A stretch of DNA of 64,000 nucleotides from Haliotis cracherodii (taxonomy: Eukaryota), in NCBI RefSeq assembly GCF_022045235.1, contig NW_027266265.1, positions 14,074,001 through 14,138,000 on the forward strand, read 5' to 3'. Positions 22,383-36,195 of the stretch are shown in pieces. A program made the translations under genes and the position numbers. Under the pieces are notes generated by a model. The model was given only the letters and a program-made list of their open reading frames with translations, ran no database searches and was not told the origin of the DNA. How positions within the stretch are numbered: the stretch's first letter is position 1; every line of letters starts with the position of its first letter.

Positions 22383-24843
22383 TGTTTAGAATACAGTACC
22401 ACATCTTCTCGTGAAGACGATCTCTGCCGTATGTCACGTGTCTCAAAGACAAGCAACTAGTTTTAAAGAACTCGCGACCTTCGTATTGTTAGCCCGATAG
22501 CTAACCGACTGAGCAACGTCCACAAGTGAAATTTACCTTGTCATGAATACGCCGTTACGGAACTGAACGAACATTTTTAGATGCAAGATATGTAAAATCA
22601 AAAATTATTTCTGGGGGATTCTTTGACGAAGAACTTGAAATCATTCGCGCATTCTGATTGGTTTGTTTTTTTCGCACATAACATTCATCGATAGAGTCTT
22701 CTTGGAGGTTACGGAAAGGGGCGAGTGGTGACGAATGTCGTGACTGTAGTCTACGGACACCTACGAGTGATCCCGATGCCATTTAGCACACTCGACCCAT
22801 TCCGTAATCTACAAGAAACTGAGTGGTGAGGAATGAGCCGATATGGCGAGAACTCAAAACGGCTCTTGGCGTCAAACGTCAGACGTCGAACCTGCGGTTA
22901 CGCATGAATGACATGGAATTTAATCAATCGTCGGGTGATTTTTGTGACAGAAAAGTGTGGTAGAGAATACTGTAAGGATAATGTGGATAATTGTTAGGAA
23001 CGAGGGAGGCATAAGCATGGCTAGTGACGACACAAGGGTGGGTTCGCTTTTGAATCAGTACTTAATAAATGTAGCGTGTGTACAGTTTCCAGTAGCCAAA
23101 ATATTCGACAGAAAACCATTTCATCCTTTTTTCTCGACGTTTTTGTGTGGAGAATATTAGGAGCATCTATAGAATCAATAATAGCCACTAAACGGGTACC
23201 GGAGCACCTTTAGAATACAGTACCCCAACTTCTCGTGAGAACGATCTCTGCCGAAAGTCACATGTCTCAAAGACAAGCAACTAGTTTTTGTGAGAATCGG
23301 TCGGACGCGAACCCGCGACCTTCGGATTGTTAGCCTGACAGTTTTCCGTCTGAGCTACGTCCACAAGCAACCAGTCTTTGTGAGAATCCGTCGGACGCGA
23401 ACCCACGACCTTCGGATTGTTAGCTCGCCACTGAGCTGCGTCCCCACTGTGAAACAAAGTGCAAATTTACCTAGTCATGCCCATGACGTTACGGAACTGA
23501 ACGAAAAGGGTCGAATAGGTGACGGACACTTACGAAGTTTACGGGTAGGCATGGTGTCTCGTGACTTTAGTCTACGGACACTTAGGAATGCATTCGTCAC
23601 CACTCGCCCCTTTCCGTAGCCTGCAAGAAGACTCGTCCCCCTATTGATGAATGTTATGTGCGAACATACGACAAACCAATCAGAATGCGGGTACAATTTC
23701 AAGTTCTTCGTCAAAGAATCCATCAGAAATATTTTTTGATTTTACATATGTCTTGCGTCTAAAAATATACCCAAGACACAGTTATATGTGTTTAATCATA
23801 GTGTATAATTCCGCATGTCACGATGTGCTTTAAATTGCATTTGCAAGACATATAATGCATGGGGAAATATATGTGAACCGAGTTGACAATTGTTTTAGGT
23901 ATGCCCGTTTGCGCTTAGACGGAACCCAGTCGCAAAAATGGCCACGAGAGGGGCACGAGTCGCTATTCGGCTTGTCCCGGAATAACACGAGTTGGTCACG
24001 AATGTTAGGAATGATACCGATGCCATTTGGCACACTCGTCCCATTCCGTAATCTACAAGATACCGTGTGGTGATGAATGAGCCGATATGGCGCGAACTGA
24101 AAACGGCTCCAGGTGATTTTTGTGACAGAAAAGTGTTGTGGGGAACACTGTAAGGATGATGTGGACAATAGTAAGGAACGAGGGAGGCACCCCGGCTTGT
24201 GTGAATGTTCCAGGACAGTTTCCAGTAGCCAAAATAGTCGACACAAAACCATTGCATCCTTTATACTCGACGTTTTTGTGTGAAGAATATAAGGAGCCTC
24301 TATAGAATCTATAACAGCCACTAAACGATTACCTAACCCTAATGTTTGTAAAGGGGATCCAAGGGCTAAGGATAGAGTTCGGGGTAACCTACCCTAACAC
24401 TGGCGACATTTGGATGTATTCAGCGATATCCCTAATAAACTGCATTCTTGTGCATAATTACGAAAATTAATGAACCGGAAAAATAATATATGTATATTAG
24501 TTCCCATTTATAACCATTTTTAGCTGCTTGAATTACGAGAAATACGAAATAAAAAATAAATAAAAAATATAAGTGCTTTCGTAAACTAGCGCTTGTTCTA
24601 AAATGCGCCGCCGCAGGCTAAATATAGCAACATATATGTTTATATAGCATATAAACAAATATTCAAAACTCTCAACACCGCTAGGCGTATTCAATGACAT
24701 AGAGATGATAGATCACTGGGAGGAGCTTATGCACACTCAATGAGCCCTGACGTCGCCGGTGTGACTGGCAACAAAATACTAAAAATTACGTAATAGGGTA
24801 TTGTCACGTGTTTGAAAAGTTTGTGGTACTGTATTCTAAAGGT
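22383..24843. mobile_element. Composite, rearranged non-autonomous element(s) in spacer type A (possibly Helentron/HINE-like)
   Basis: Motif (ACC)TTTAGAATACAGTACC at 22384 and 23206 and inverted at 24825-24843; CCTAACCCTAA; internal inverted duplications and tRNA-like modules. Homologous blocks at 29364-30660 and 49480-51380. Confidence 0.45.
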
Positions 24844-26117
24844 AGGGTCCCCATGAGCGTGACGCACCCGACCACTTTCGCAACTTTCAATTTGATTTAA
24901 CGTAAAGGGATAAGCGTGGTGAAGTGAAGTCAGTTTAAACTATCTGGGCAGATATCTAGACTTACTTGGGATGTTCAGGCTCTGCCATCAGTGTCCCCTT
25001 CGAAGCGTATTTAGTGGCACTGTTTCGGGAGTTGTTTGTTCACGACCGTACGACCACATCACTCAAAGTGAACATTTCCGATACAAATCATTCGAAAACT
25101 CCACTGAAGTGTGCCTAAATATCTGATTATGTGGCCCAAAATATCCCAAATGTGAACAATAACATTCCCCATCTCCAGCGTAAAACGCTGTGAGTAGATC
25201 ACGGTTGTCTTTTCTTGTTCCGGGTGTGACCTTGCCCTTCGTTCGAAGCTGTCACTGACATGCAAGCAGACCCGAGTTTGTTGATTTTCACGTCTTCAGT
25301 ATATAGGGTGGTACAGTTGACATGAATGTCCATGGCGAACACTCTGATTTCCCTCTTCCAAAATGGTTCGGACATGATATAAATTCAGCTGATAGATCAA
25401 GGAAACCGAACCATTTTGAATGCACAGACGGGACCCCGGCAGTGCGAGTGACCTATCCTTGGTCCGATATTCAAAGCGCGGCGCTAATGTGACATTTCAA
25501 ATTTTCTTATAAAGGTTTCCTGCGTACTAACGACATGACCCTTGAACCTTAAGTTGAAATTCTTCCAAAAGGATCTTGAGCGTCGGTGCTGATTTGTTTG
25601 CAAATACAACTGCAGGCGCATGTTGTTAATGCGTATACATAGAAATGTCAACATTGCCCATATATTGGGCATATATATCAATATTCATGCGCAACCAGAT
25701 TTTGCAACCGGTTTCAGTTTGTTCTGTCAACGAACGAAAGTTGTTATGTATTTACACTTAAATATATATTCAACGTGGATCAGATACCATAGAAAGTCCA
25801 CTCGTTTCATAAATCTCGTATCTAACGAGAATGAGTGTAGTATTCTCTATATATTTCTTCTTACCGAGTAATTAGCTCCAGGAAGCAATACGTTACATGT
25901 TCAATGAGAAAGAATAAACCCTGACACAAGGTAGGTAACTCTGTACCTCTTGTGCCTGTCATGCGTGGCTCTATTTCGGGCACAATGCAAAGAAGGAACA
26001 TGAAATGTTGGAAACAGTATTTCGTTTCCCAAATTTCTTCTCCTTTTCCCCTCAAAATAGCATGACATTCCCTCGGACTAATAAGTTGGTTTCTACATAA
26101 ATAGAAAATAATATATT

Positions 26118-26165
26118 AGTGTGACATAAGTGTCCCATGTCTGTCTGACATAAGTGTGTCCCCAC
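26118..26165. repeat. 26-bp satellite, remnant array (~2 units)
   Basis: GACATAAGTGT(GT)CCC..GTCTGTCTGACATAAG. Confidence 0.75.
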
Positions 26166-26429
26166 AAATGTTGACTGTGAACAACTTACTGACATATATT
26201 TGAACGCTATGGATTTGTTTTGAATCAATACGGGCTGTTGTGTGTAATATAACACAAACAATATGAGAAAAAGACACGGACATAATATTTTTACGACGGA
26301 TCAAAGGCTTGCTCTGGTATTCAGTGGAGAGTGCACCCAAACAAAAGGGACACAACTCCGCAGTGACTAATATCAGTCCAGTGTAACCATGATGTAATTT
26401 GTGGATGATAGCGATTCTTTTTCCAAGTG

Positions 26430-26600
26430 TGTAAGTGAGTGAGTGAGAATGGTTTTACGCAGCTTTTAGCAATATTCCAGCAATATCACGGCGGGGGTCA
26501 CCAGAAATGAGCTTCTCACATTGTACCCATGTGGGGAACAGAACCCGGGCCTTCGGCGTGTCGAGCGAACGCTTTAACCACCAGGCTACCCGACCGCCCC
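26430..26600 (-). mobile_element. Family A SINE upstream of copy 3
   Basis: Flanked by TSD TTTTCCAAGTG. Confidence 0.85.
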
Positions 26601-27431
26601 ATTTTCCAAGTGATTTGTTCACTTGTGATCTTAACTGTTCCACCTCGAGTATCGAACCGTGAACTATACTATTATAAAATATGGACGCGTATTAGATGTG
26701 AGTGAAACACTAGGTTTTCTAAATGTAAAGTAATTATGGAATTAAAGATGCATCCTGACGTCTTTTACTGCTTTGACAGGAGACTTAATCTGTGCGTCTT
26801 AAACACGCATAATGTGTTATGTGTCGTGAAGAGACGGAGCCCAGCTTACATAAAGCTGTACCGAGCATGGTAAACACTGTCAGTGACGTCATAGACAGAA
26901 ACAGTGGAAATGACGTCACAGAATGGTTCCATGACGACATTGATGGTTCCCACTCAGTCGCCGACACAACTTGGTGGTGTTCAGACGTACATCTGTTGCT
27001 GGCAACTTGCTGCTGCAAAACTTCACATTTGTTGCTGGTCTGTGTCTACTTGCACAAGTCTACACCTCATCTCAGTATTAGGTAAGCAATGCCAGTCTAA
27101 CTCCTACAGTTGGTTTACTTTTACTGATAGCCTTTGTTTCCTAACCCTCGTTGACATCTATATTCACTTGTCTGAAATTCGTTATCAGTAAATTACTTTT
27201 GTATTCATTAACACACAGTTTCCAATGTGATTAGGGAACTCAAATGTTTCTGTCTTTTTCTGAAAGATTTTCACGCACATATGTAACGTGTAGATTGAAT
27301 CACTTTGCCTATTTGTCTGATGTTTTAGTTATTGTTTTGTCCATAAACTTGTTCTGTTTGGATCAAATCTCAGTCTGCAATGTAAATGCTCCAATTCCTA
27401 AATTCATATTAGATGTATTTTTATCCCACAG

Positions 27432-28660
27432 ATGAAGATGTATCCACAAGAACGACTGAAGAGTCGGAAACTACTCTCCCCCATACTCGAGGCGGACGAG
27501 TGTCAGTCTGACCCACGAAGTTCAAGAACGCCAGAACTGCATCAAGATTTACTTGGTAGGAGATCCTGAATTTATAATACAAAACAAATTAAATGCAAGA
27601 TAACATTACTTGATGTGTTTGTTTGAAGCAATTACAGTTACATTCCAAATATGTTTTGATCTTTATATAACAGTGGAATCGAGTCGGGTGTTTGTACTTT
27701 TGTTTTTGTTTTCGTTTCCAGTTCAGTACATGGACCTGAAATCTCAAGTCGGAGATTTGGAGGAAAGGTAGGCACAGTCTCGTTTAATATTCATGAACGT
27801 TCGTTTGGTGTGATAAGTCATAGAAATGAACATTTTAGTTTAATCTAGAACCGACACAATCTTCTTCTCTGTCAGTCACGAGACGAAATCGTAGCACATC
27901 TACCGTTACATTGTAGACCACGTGATGCCCATCCCTGATGCACACTGCCATGCAGGTGCAATGTGTCTAATGTTAGCGTACAAAATACAAAATAGAAAAA
28001 TAAGAAATGTATACCTCATTTAAATATTGACAAAATGACTTTGAGAAACGATATCTTCTAAACTATCGACATGTCTTTTTCAGTCTTCTCGATCACCTTT
28101 TCAATGAGAACCAGAAGCTGAGAGAGGAGAACGAGCGACAGGCCCGACAACTGCGGGAGGAGAACGCCTTAAGGCTGAAAGTTGAGTCGGAGAGACAGGA
28201 CTATAGGCTGGAGTATTACAACTATCGTCTCAGTTACACAATGGCGCAGGCTGAGGTCCAGGAACTGAAGCAGACGCTAGAGGGACTGGCGGGGGACTGG
28301 GAGAAGGAGAAGCAGACAGAGATGGAGCAGAAGAAGAAGCTGGAGGAAGAGCTGGCAGCTCTCCAGCGCCAGACTGCGCCTCTGACCTGTCACACTCCTG
28401 CCAATAAGCGAACCAGTTCCTCCAGCGTCAGTCCTCCAGTTCAACCAAGGAAGGCTCGAAGACCTTACACAGGAAAGTCAAAGGACAATGTTCCAAGCAG
28501 GATCTCACATGTGAAGACAGACTTCTCTGCTTCCGGTGACAACTTGGTGAAGGCCAAGGCCACAGATAAGAATGAAACCAAGTTGAAGGTCACTTCCAGT
28601 GTAAGATCCATTCTGAAAGACACAAAGAGAGGACAGGATGCTGAAAAGAAACCAACCTGA
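27432..28660 (+). CDS. Array gene copy 3, truncated to 248 aa by a CGA>TGA change; join(27432..27555,27722..27767,28084..28660). The normal stop is at 28729. Possible pseudogene.
   Basis: Intact splice sites; TGA at 28658-28660 where other copies have an Arg codon. Confidence 0.8.
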
Positions 28661-29363
28661 TCCTCCAGGAACCTTTCTGTTAGATTCACAAAGGAAATGC
28701 CAGTTGGAAAGATCCGTCACGAAATGTAATTACGACCCTCGCCACAAGGAACAAACTTTATAAACAGTTTAATTGTTGGTTCTTTAATTCATATTGATTT
28801 TACACTCTTGTAATTCCGTGTGTAAAATAATCGCTGATTATGTTGTGCGTGTGTCATTGTTTCTCTGTTAACATCTGAGTAATATATCACGTTACTGAAG
28901 AAACTGCTTTGTGTTTGTATTTACAACCTCATCAATTATGTGGGAAGTCAATGATCACCTCTTAACTCTGACCAGGATGATGCATGTCCGTCGTGCCCCA
29001 AAGTCGTGGGTCGATGCTCACACTTTCTACCACTGGTTTGCCTGCTCCCGTGCACACACTGTCACGCTTCGCGGGAATAGATCACGATAGATCGGTATGG
29101 GGAGTTAAATTAGTTTGAAATTAACCTTAAATTTAATCTATGCATGGAGAAAATTGAATGTGTCTATTTTCTCTATACAGAAATTTGTAGAAGAGATATG
29201 AAATGCCTTGTTGAAAGTTGATAAAAAAAATCAAACACTTTCCTATTTGCCTTTAGGTTAATATCGAACCCTTATGCTAAATAGTCATATTTATTACCCA
29301 CGTGGTGAAGATACAGGACTACTTTTTTCATTCATAAGATTTCGCGAGACGTCATTCATTTTG

Positions 29364-30132
29364 GGAGCAACTTTAGAATACAGTACCGCAGCTTCTCGTG
29401 TGGACGATCTCTGCCATATGTCACGTGTCTCAAATACAAGCAACTAGTTTTAAAGAACTCGCGACCTTCGGATTGTTAGACCGACAGCTAACCGAGTGAG
29501 CATTCACACAAGCCACTTTCACCGGCTACATTTTTTCAGTACTGATTCAAGTGTGAACTCACTGTTATGTCGTTACTAGCCATGCTCATGCCGCCCTCGT
29601 TCCTTACTATTATCCACATCATCAGTGTTCCCTACCACACTTTTCTGTTACAAAATCCACTCGACGAATTATTAAATGCCATGTCATTCATGCGTACTCG
29701 CGAGTGCGACGTCTGACGTCTGACGTCTGACGCCTGGAGCCGTTTTCAGTTCGCGCCATATCGGCTCATTCCTCACCACTCGGTATCTTGTTGATTACGG
29801 GATGAGACGAATGTGCCAAATGGCATCGGGATCATTCGTAAGTGTCCGTATACTAAAGTCACGAGACACCATGCCTACCCGTAACCTTCGTAAGTGTGCG
29901 TCACCTATTCGACCCCTTTCGTTCAGTTCCGCAACGTCGAAGGCATGACTAGGTAAATTTGTACTTAGTTTCACAGTGTGGACGTAGCTGTCGGTTAGCT
30001 GTCCGGCTAACAATCCGCGAGTTCGCGTCCGACGGATTCTCACAAAATCTGGTTGCTTGTCTTTCAGACATGTGACCTACGGCAGAGATCGTCCTCACGA
30101 GACGTTGTGGTACTGTATTCTAAAGGTGCTCC
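29364..30132. mobile_element. ~770-bp block bounded by long imperfect inverted repeats
   Basis: GGAGCAACTTTAGAATACAGTACC... / ...GGTACTGTATTCTAAAGGTGCTCC, with similarity extending ~75 bp; no clear TSD. Confidence 0.55.
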
Positions 30133-31907
30133 GGAGCCTCTATAGAATCTATAGAACAGCCACTAAACGAGTACCTAACCCTAATGATCGTAAAGGGGAT
30201 CCAAGGGCTAAGGATAGAGTTCGAGGTAACCTACCCTAACACTGGCGACATTGGGATGTGTTCAGCGATATCCCTAATAAACTGCATTTTTGTGCATAAT
30301 AATGAAAATTAATGAACCGGAAAAATAATATATGCATATTAGTTCCCATTTATAACCATTTTAGCTACTTGAATTACGAGAAATACGAAATAAAAAATAA
30401 ATAAAAAATAAAAGTGCTTTCGTAAACTAGCGCTTGCTGTAAAATGCGCCGCCGCAGGCTATATTTAGTAAACAAATATTCACAATTCTCAACACCGCTG
30501 GGCGTATTCAATGACATTGCGTGTAGAGATGATAGATCCCTGGGAGGAGCTTATGCACACTCAATGAGTCCTGACGTCGCCGGTGACTGGCAACAAAATA
30601 CTAAAAATTACGTCATAGGGTATAGTCACGTGTTTGAAAAGTTTGTGGTACTGTAGGGTCCCCATGAGCGTGACGCAGCCGACCACTTTCGCAACTTTCA
30701 ATTTGATTTAACGTAAAGGGATAAGCGTAGTGAAGTGAAGTCAGTTTAAACTATCTGGGCAGATATCTAGACTTACTTGGGATGTTCAGGCTCTGCCATC
30801 AGTGTCAAATTCGAAGCGTATTTTGTGGCACTGTTTCGGGAGTTGTTTGTTCACGACTGTACGACCACATCACTCAAAGTGAACATTTCCGATACAAATC
30901 ATTCGAAAACTCCACAGAAGTGTGCCTGATTTCTGATTATGTGGCCCAAAATATCCCAAATATGATCAATAACATTCCCCATCTCCAGCGTAAAACGCTG
31001 TGAGTAGATCACGGTTGTCTTTTCTTATTCCGGGAGTGACCTTGCCCTTCGTTCGAAGCTGTCACTGACATGCAAGCAGACCCGAGTTTGTTGATTTTCA
31101 CGTCTTCAGTTATAGGGTGGTACAGTTAACATGAATGTCTTTGGCGAACACTCTGATTTCCCTCTTCCAAAATGGTACGGACATGATATAGATTCAGCTG
31201 ATAGATCAAGGACGCCGAACCATTTTGAATGCACAGACGGGACCCCGGCAGTGCGAGTGACCTATCCTTGGTCCGATATTCAAAGCGCGGCGCTAATGTG
31301 ACATTTCAAATTTTCTTATAAGGTGTCCTGCGTACTAACAACATAAATGTTGAATTACCTTAACTTGAAGAAATTCTTCCAAAAAGGATCTTGAGCGTCG
31401 GTGCTGTTTCGTTTGCAAACACAAATGCAGGCGCATGTTGTTAATGCGTGTACATAGAAATGTCAACATTGCCCATATTTGGGCATGTATCAATATTCAT
31501 GCGCAACCAGATTTTGCAACCGGTTTCAGTTTGGTCTGTCAACGAACGAAAGTTGTTATGTATTTACACTTAATATATATTGAACGTGGATCAGATACCA
31601 TAGAAAGTCCACTCGTTTCGAAAAAATGGTATCTAACGAGAATGAGCGTAGTATTCTCTATATATTTCTTCTTACCGAGTTCAATGAGAAAGAATACACC
31701 CTGACACAAGGTAGGTAACTGTACCTCTTGTGCCGGTCATGCGTGGCTCTATTTCGGGCACAATGCAAAGAAGGAACATGAAATGTTGGAAACATTATTT
31801 CGTTCCCCAAATGTCTTCTTTTTCCCCCCTCAAAATAGCATGACATTCCATCGGACTAATAAGTTGCTTTCTACATAAATAGAAAATAATATATTAGATA
31901 TTATACT

Positions 31908-32465
31908 CTGTGTCGCCAGTCTGTCCGGCATAAGCGTGTCCCAAGTTTGTCTGACTTGAGTGTGTCCCCAGTCTGTGTGTCATCAGCGTGTCCCCAGTTT
32001 GTCTGACATAAGCGTGTCCCCAGTTTGTCTGACATAAGTGTGTCCCCAGTTTGTCTGACATAAGCGTGTCCCCAGTTTGTCTGACATAAGTGTGTCCCCA
32101 GTTTGTCTGACATAAGCGTGTCCCCAGTTTGTCTGACATAAGCGTGTCCCCAGTTTGTCTGACATAAGTGTGTCCCCAGTCTGTCTGACATAAGCATGTC
32201 CCCAGTTGGTCTGACATAAGGGTGTCCCCAGTCTGTCCGACTCAAGTGTCCCCAGTCTGTCTGACATAAGTGTGTCCCCAGTCTGTCTGACATCAGCGTG
32301 TCCAATGCAGCCTGTCTGACATAAGCGTGTCCCCAGTTTGTCTGATATAAGGGTGTCCCTTATCTGTCTGACATAAGCGTGTCCCAATCTGTCTGACATA
32401 AGGGTGTCCCCAATCTGTCTGCCATAAGGGTGTCCCCAGTCTGTCTGACATAAGCGTGTCCCCAT
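31908..32465. repeat. 26-bp satellite (GTGTGTCCCCAGTCTGTCTGACATAA), ~21 units
   Basis: Direct reading; length divided by 26. Confidence 0.95.
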
Positions 32466-33598
32466 TTGGGAACTTCACCAAACCTATTCTACAGAATCGA
32501 GCAGCATATTTAGTCTGGATAATATTATGTCAGACAGCACGTTAACTCCAGATGAATGTCACGTCTATTACAACCTGGAGTGTTAGGTGAAACGTTAACG
32601 CACTAGAAGAGCTTCCTGTCAACTATTAAACCAGAAACTCAACAGTGAATATTTGATGACAAATGTTGACTGTGAACAAATTTACTGACATATATTTGAA
32701 AGCTATGGATTTGTTTTGAATCAATAACACAAACAATATGAGAAACGACACGGACATAATATTTTTACGACGGATCACAGGCTTGCTCTGGTATTCAGTG
32801 GAGAGTGCACCCAAACAAAAGGGACACAACTCCGCAATGACTAATTTCAGTCCAGTGTAACCCTGCATTCATGATGTAATTTGTGGATGATAGCGATTCT
32901 TTTTCCAAGTGTTTTGTTCACTTGTGATCTTAACTGTTCCACCTCGAGTAACGAACCGTGAACTATACTATTATAAATTATGGACACGTGTTAGATGTGA
33001 GTGAAGCACTTGTTATTTCTAAATGTAAAGTAATCATGGAATTAAAGATGTATCCTTACGTCTTTGACTGCTTTGACAGGAGAATAAATTAATTAGGTTC
33101 CCGACTCTCCGTGCATCTTCAACACTCTCATTTTATATGTATCGTGAAGAGACGGAGCCCAGCTTAGGCTTACATAAAGCTGTACCGTGCATGGCGTCCA
33201 CTGTCAGTGACGTCATAGACAGAAACAGTGGAAATGACGTCACAGAATGGTTCCATGACGACGTTGATGGTTCCCAGTCAGTCGCCGACACAACTTGGTG
33301 GTGTTCAGACGTACATCTGTTGCTGTTGCAAAACTTCACATTTGTTGCTGGTCTGTGTCTACTTTCACAAGTCTACATCTCATCTCAGAATTAGGTAAGC
33401 CATGCCAGTTTAACTCCTACAGTTGGTTTACTTTTACTAATAGAGTTTGTTTCCTAACCCTCGTTCACATCTATATTTCACGGCTCTGAAATTCTTTGTC
33501 AATAAATTACCTTTATATTAATTGACACTCCGTCTCCAATGTAATTACGGAATTCAAATAATTCCTAAATTCAAATGTGATTATGTTTTGTCCCACAG

Positions 33599-34887
33599 AT
33601 GAAGATGTATCCACAAGAACGACTGAAGAGTCGGAAACTACTCTCCCCCATACTCGAGGCGAACGAGCGTCAGTCTAGCCCTCGTAGTCCAAGAACGCCA
33701 GAAATGCATCAAGATTTACTTGGTAGGAGATCCTGAATTTATAATACAAAACAAATTAAATGCAAGACATCATTACTTGATGTGTTTGTTTGAAGCAATT
33801 ACAGTTACATTCCAAATATGTTTTAGTCTTTATATAACAGTGGAATCGAGTCGGGTGTTTGTACTTTTGTTTTTGTTTGTTTCCAGTTCAGTACATGGAC
33901 CTGAAATCTCAAGTGGGAGATTTGGAGGAAAGGTAGGCACAGTCTCGTTCGATATTCCTTAACGTGACAGGTCATAAAAACGACCATTTTAATTTAATCC
34001 AAAACCGACACAATCTTATTCTCTGTCAGCCATGAGACGAAATCGTAGCACGATTTACCGTTAGTTTGTAGACCACGTGATGCCCATCCCTGATGCACAC
34101 TGCCATGCAGGTGCAATGTGTCTAATGTTGGCGTACAAAATGCAAAATAGAAAAATAAGAAATGTACATCTCATTTAAATATTATTCACAAAATCACTTT
34201 GAGAAACGAAATCTTCTAAACTATCGACATGTCTTTTTCAGTCTTCTCGATCACCTTTTCAATGAGAACCAGAAGCTGAGAGAGGAGAACGAGCGACAGG
34301 CCCGACAACTCCGGGAGGAGAACGCCTTAAGGCTGAAAGTTGAGTCGGAGAGACAGGACTATAGGCTGGAGTATTTCAACTATCGTCTCAGTTACACAAT
34401 GGCGCAGGCTGAGGTCCAGGAACTGAAGCAGACGCTAGAGGGACTGGCGGGGGACTGGGAGAAGGAGAAGCAGACAGAGATGGAGCAGAGGAAGAAGCTG
34501 GAGGAAGAGCTGGCAGCTCTCCAGCGCCAGACTGCCCCTCTGACCTGTCACACTCCTGCCAATAAGCGGACCAGTTCCTCCAGCGTCAGTCCTCCAGTTC
34601 AACCAAGGAAGGCTCGAAGACCTTACACAGGAAAGTCAAAGGACAATGTTCCAAGCAGGATCTCACATGTGAAGACAGACTTCTCTGCTTCCGGTGACAA
34701 CTTGGTGAAGGCCAAGGCCACAGATAAGAATGAAACCAAGTTGAAGGTCACTTCCAGTGTTAGATCCATTCTGAAAGACACCAAGAGAGGACAGGGTGCT
34801 GAAAGGAAACCAACCAGATCCTCCAGGAACCTTTCTGTTAGATTCACAAAGGAAATGCCAGTTGGAAAGATCCGTCGCGAAATGTAA
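33599..34887 (+). CDS. Array gene copy 4, 271 aa; join(33599..33722,33887..33932,34242..34887)
   Basis: Same exon lengths and splice sites as other copies; open frame. Confidence 0.88.
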
Positions 34888-35804
34888 TTACGACCCTCGC
34901 CACAAGGAACAAACTTTATAAACTGTTTAATTGTTGGTTCTTTAATTCATATTGATTTCACATTCTTTTAATTCCGTGTGTAAAATAATCGCTGACTATG
35001 TTGTGCATGTGTCATGTTTCTCTGTTAACATCTGAGTAATATATCACGTTACTGAAGAAACTGCTTTGTGTTTGTATTAACAACCTCATCATTTATGTGG
35101 CAAGTCAATGATCACCTCTCAACTCTGACCAGGATGATGCATGTCAGTCATGCCCCAAAGTCGTGGGTCGATGCTCACACTTTCTACCACTGGTTTGCCT
35201 GCTCCTGTGCACACACTGTCACGCTTCGCGGGAATAGATCACGATAGATGAAAGTTGATGAAGAAAACAAATACTTTCCTATTTGCCTTTAGGTTTATAT
35301 CGAACACTGAAGCTAAAAGGTCATTCATATTTCATCTTACCGAGTAATTAGCTTCAGGACGCAATTCATTATATGAATGAACGAATATTTTTATTTCCCC
35401 CAATGATTTGGAGAGTAGTACATACAATTACATTACATTATTTGACAACGGCAATGACAAAATACATGTAAATACAACAGATTGAGCTGGGTAAGCAGTA
35501 ATAGAAAATAATATATGAGATATTATACACTGTGTCGTAATAACTATATTAATGGTCATGAAATCATTTTGAAGTGAATTAATAAGTCCCAATTTAGTTA
35601 CGGACATGGATGTATGGAGTGAAGATAACCGAGTCCGTCATTGACCCTTTGAACCTTCACCCGCCTTTGTGACCGATGTTTGTTAACCGGTTTTCATACA
35701 TGCGCATATGGCATGCATATCTACGTTATAGATATCTTTGCAAATGTAGCGTATACACGTAATTTTACAAGGATATGCCCAGTGCAGCTATATCTCAAGA
35801 CACG

Positions 35805-36015
35805 CGAGTGTGCCACCACTTTGTCTGAGGGAATGTGCCACTGTACTGTGCCTCCAATCTGTATAAATATAGTGTGCCCCCACCTATCTATAGTAATTGT
35901 GCCCCCAGTTTGTCTGACGTAATATGCCACTGTACTGTGCCTCCAATCTGTATAAATATAGTGTGCCCCACCTGTCTATAGTAATTGTGCCCCCAGTTTG
36001 TCTGACGTAATGTGC
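35805..36015. repeat. ~85-89-bp repeat made of degenerate satellite-like monomers (2 units; also ~56415-56620 and ~60955-61245)
   Basis: GCCACTGTACTGTGCCTCCAATCTG recurs at 35837 and 35926. Confidence 0.75.
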
Positions 36016-36195
36016 ACAAGTCCTGTTTTTCTATATGACCATTTTGCAGGAATATTTACGCTTCGCATATCGGTTCAAATGCAGCGTAAAAACGTATTTT
36101 TCATTTATCTGTCGTATATAAAAAAATCTCAAGAAACACCAGGGTGTTATAATTCAGTCTAACGTAATGTGCCGCCAGCATCTCTAAATGAAATG

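Noticed and set aside
23830-24321. 163-aa ORF in spacer type A as a transposase fragment
   Set aside because: No recognisable catalytic motif, and it is truncated in the homologous block at 50581-50850.
34162-34241. N-terminal part of the 241-aa ORF (MYISFKYY...)
   Set aside because: It is read-through into intron 3. The frame is closed in other copies and a conserved acceptor lies at 34241.
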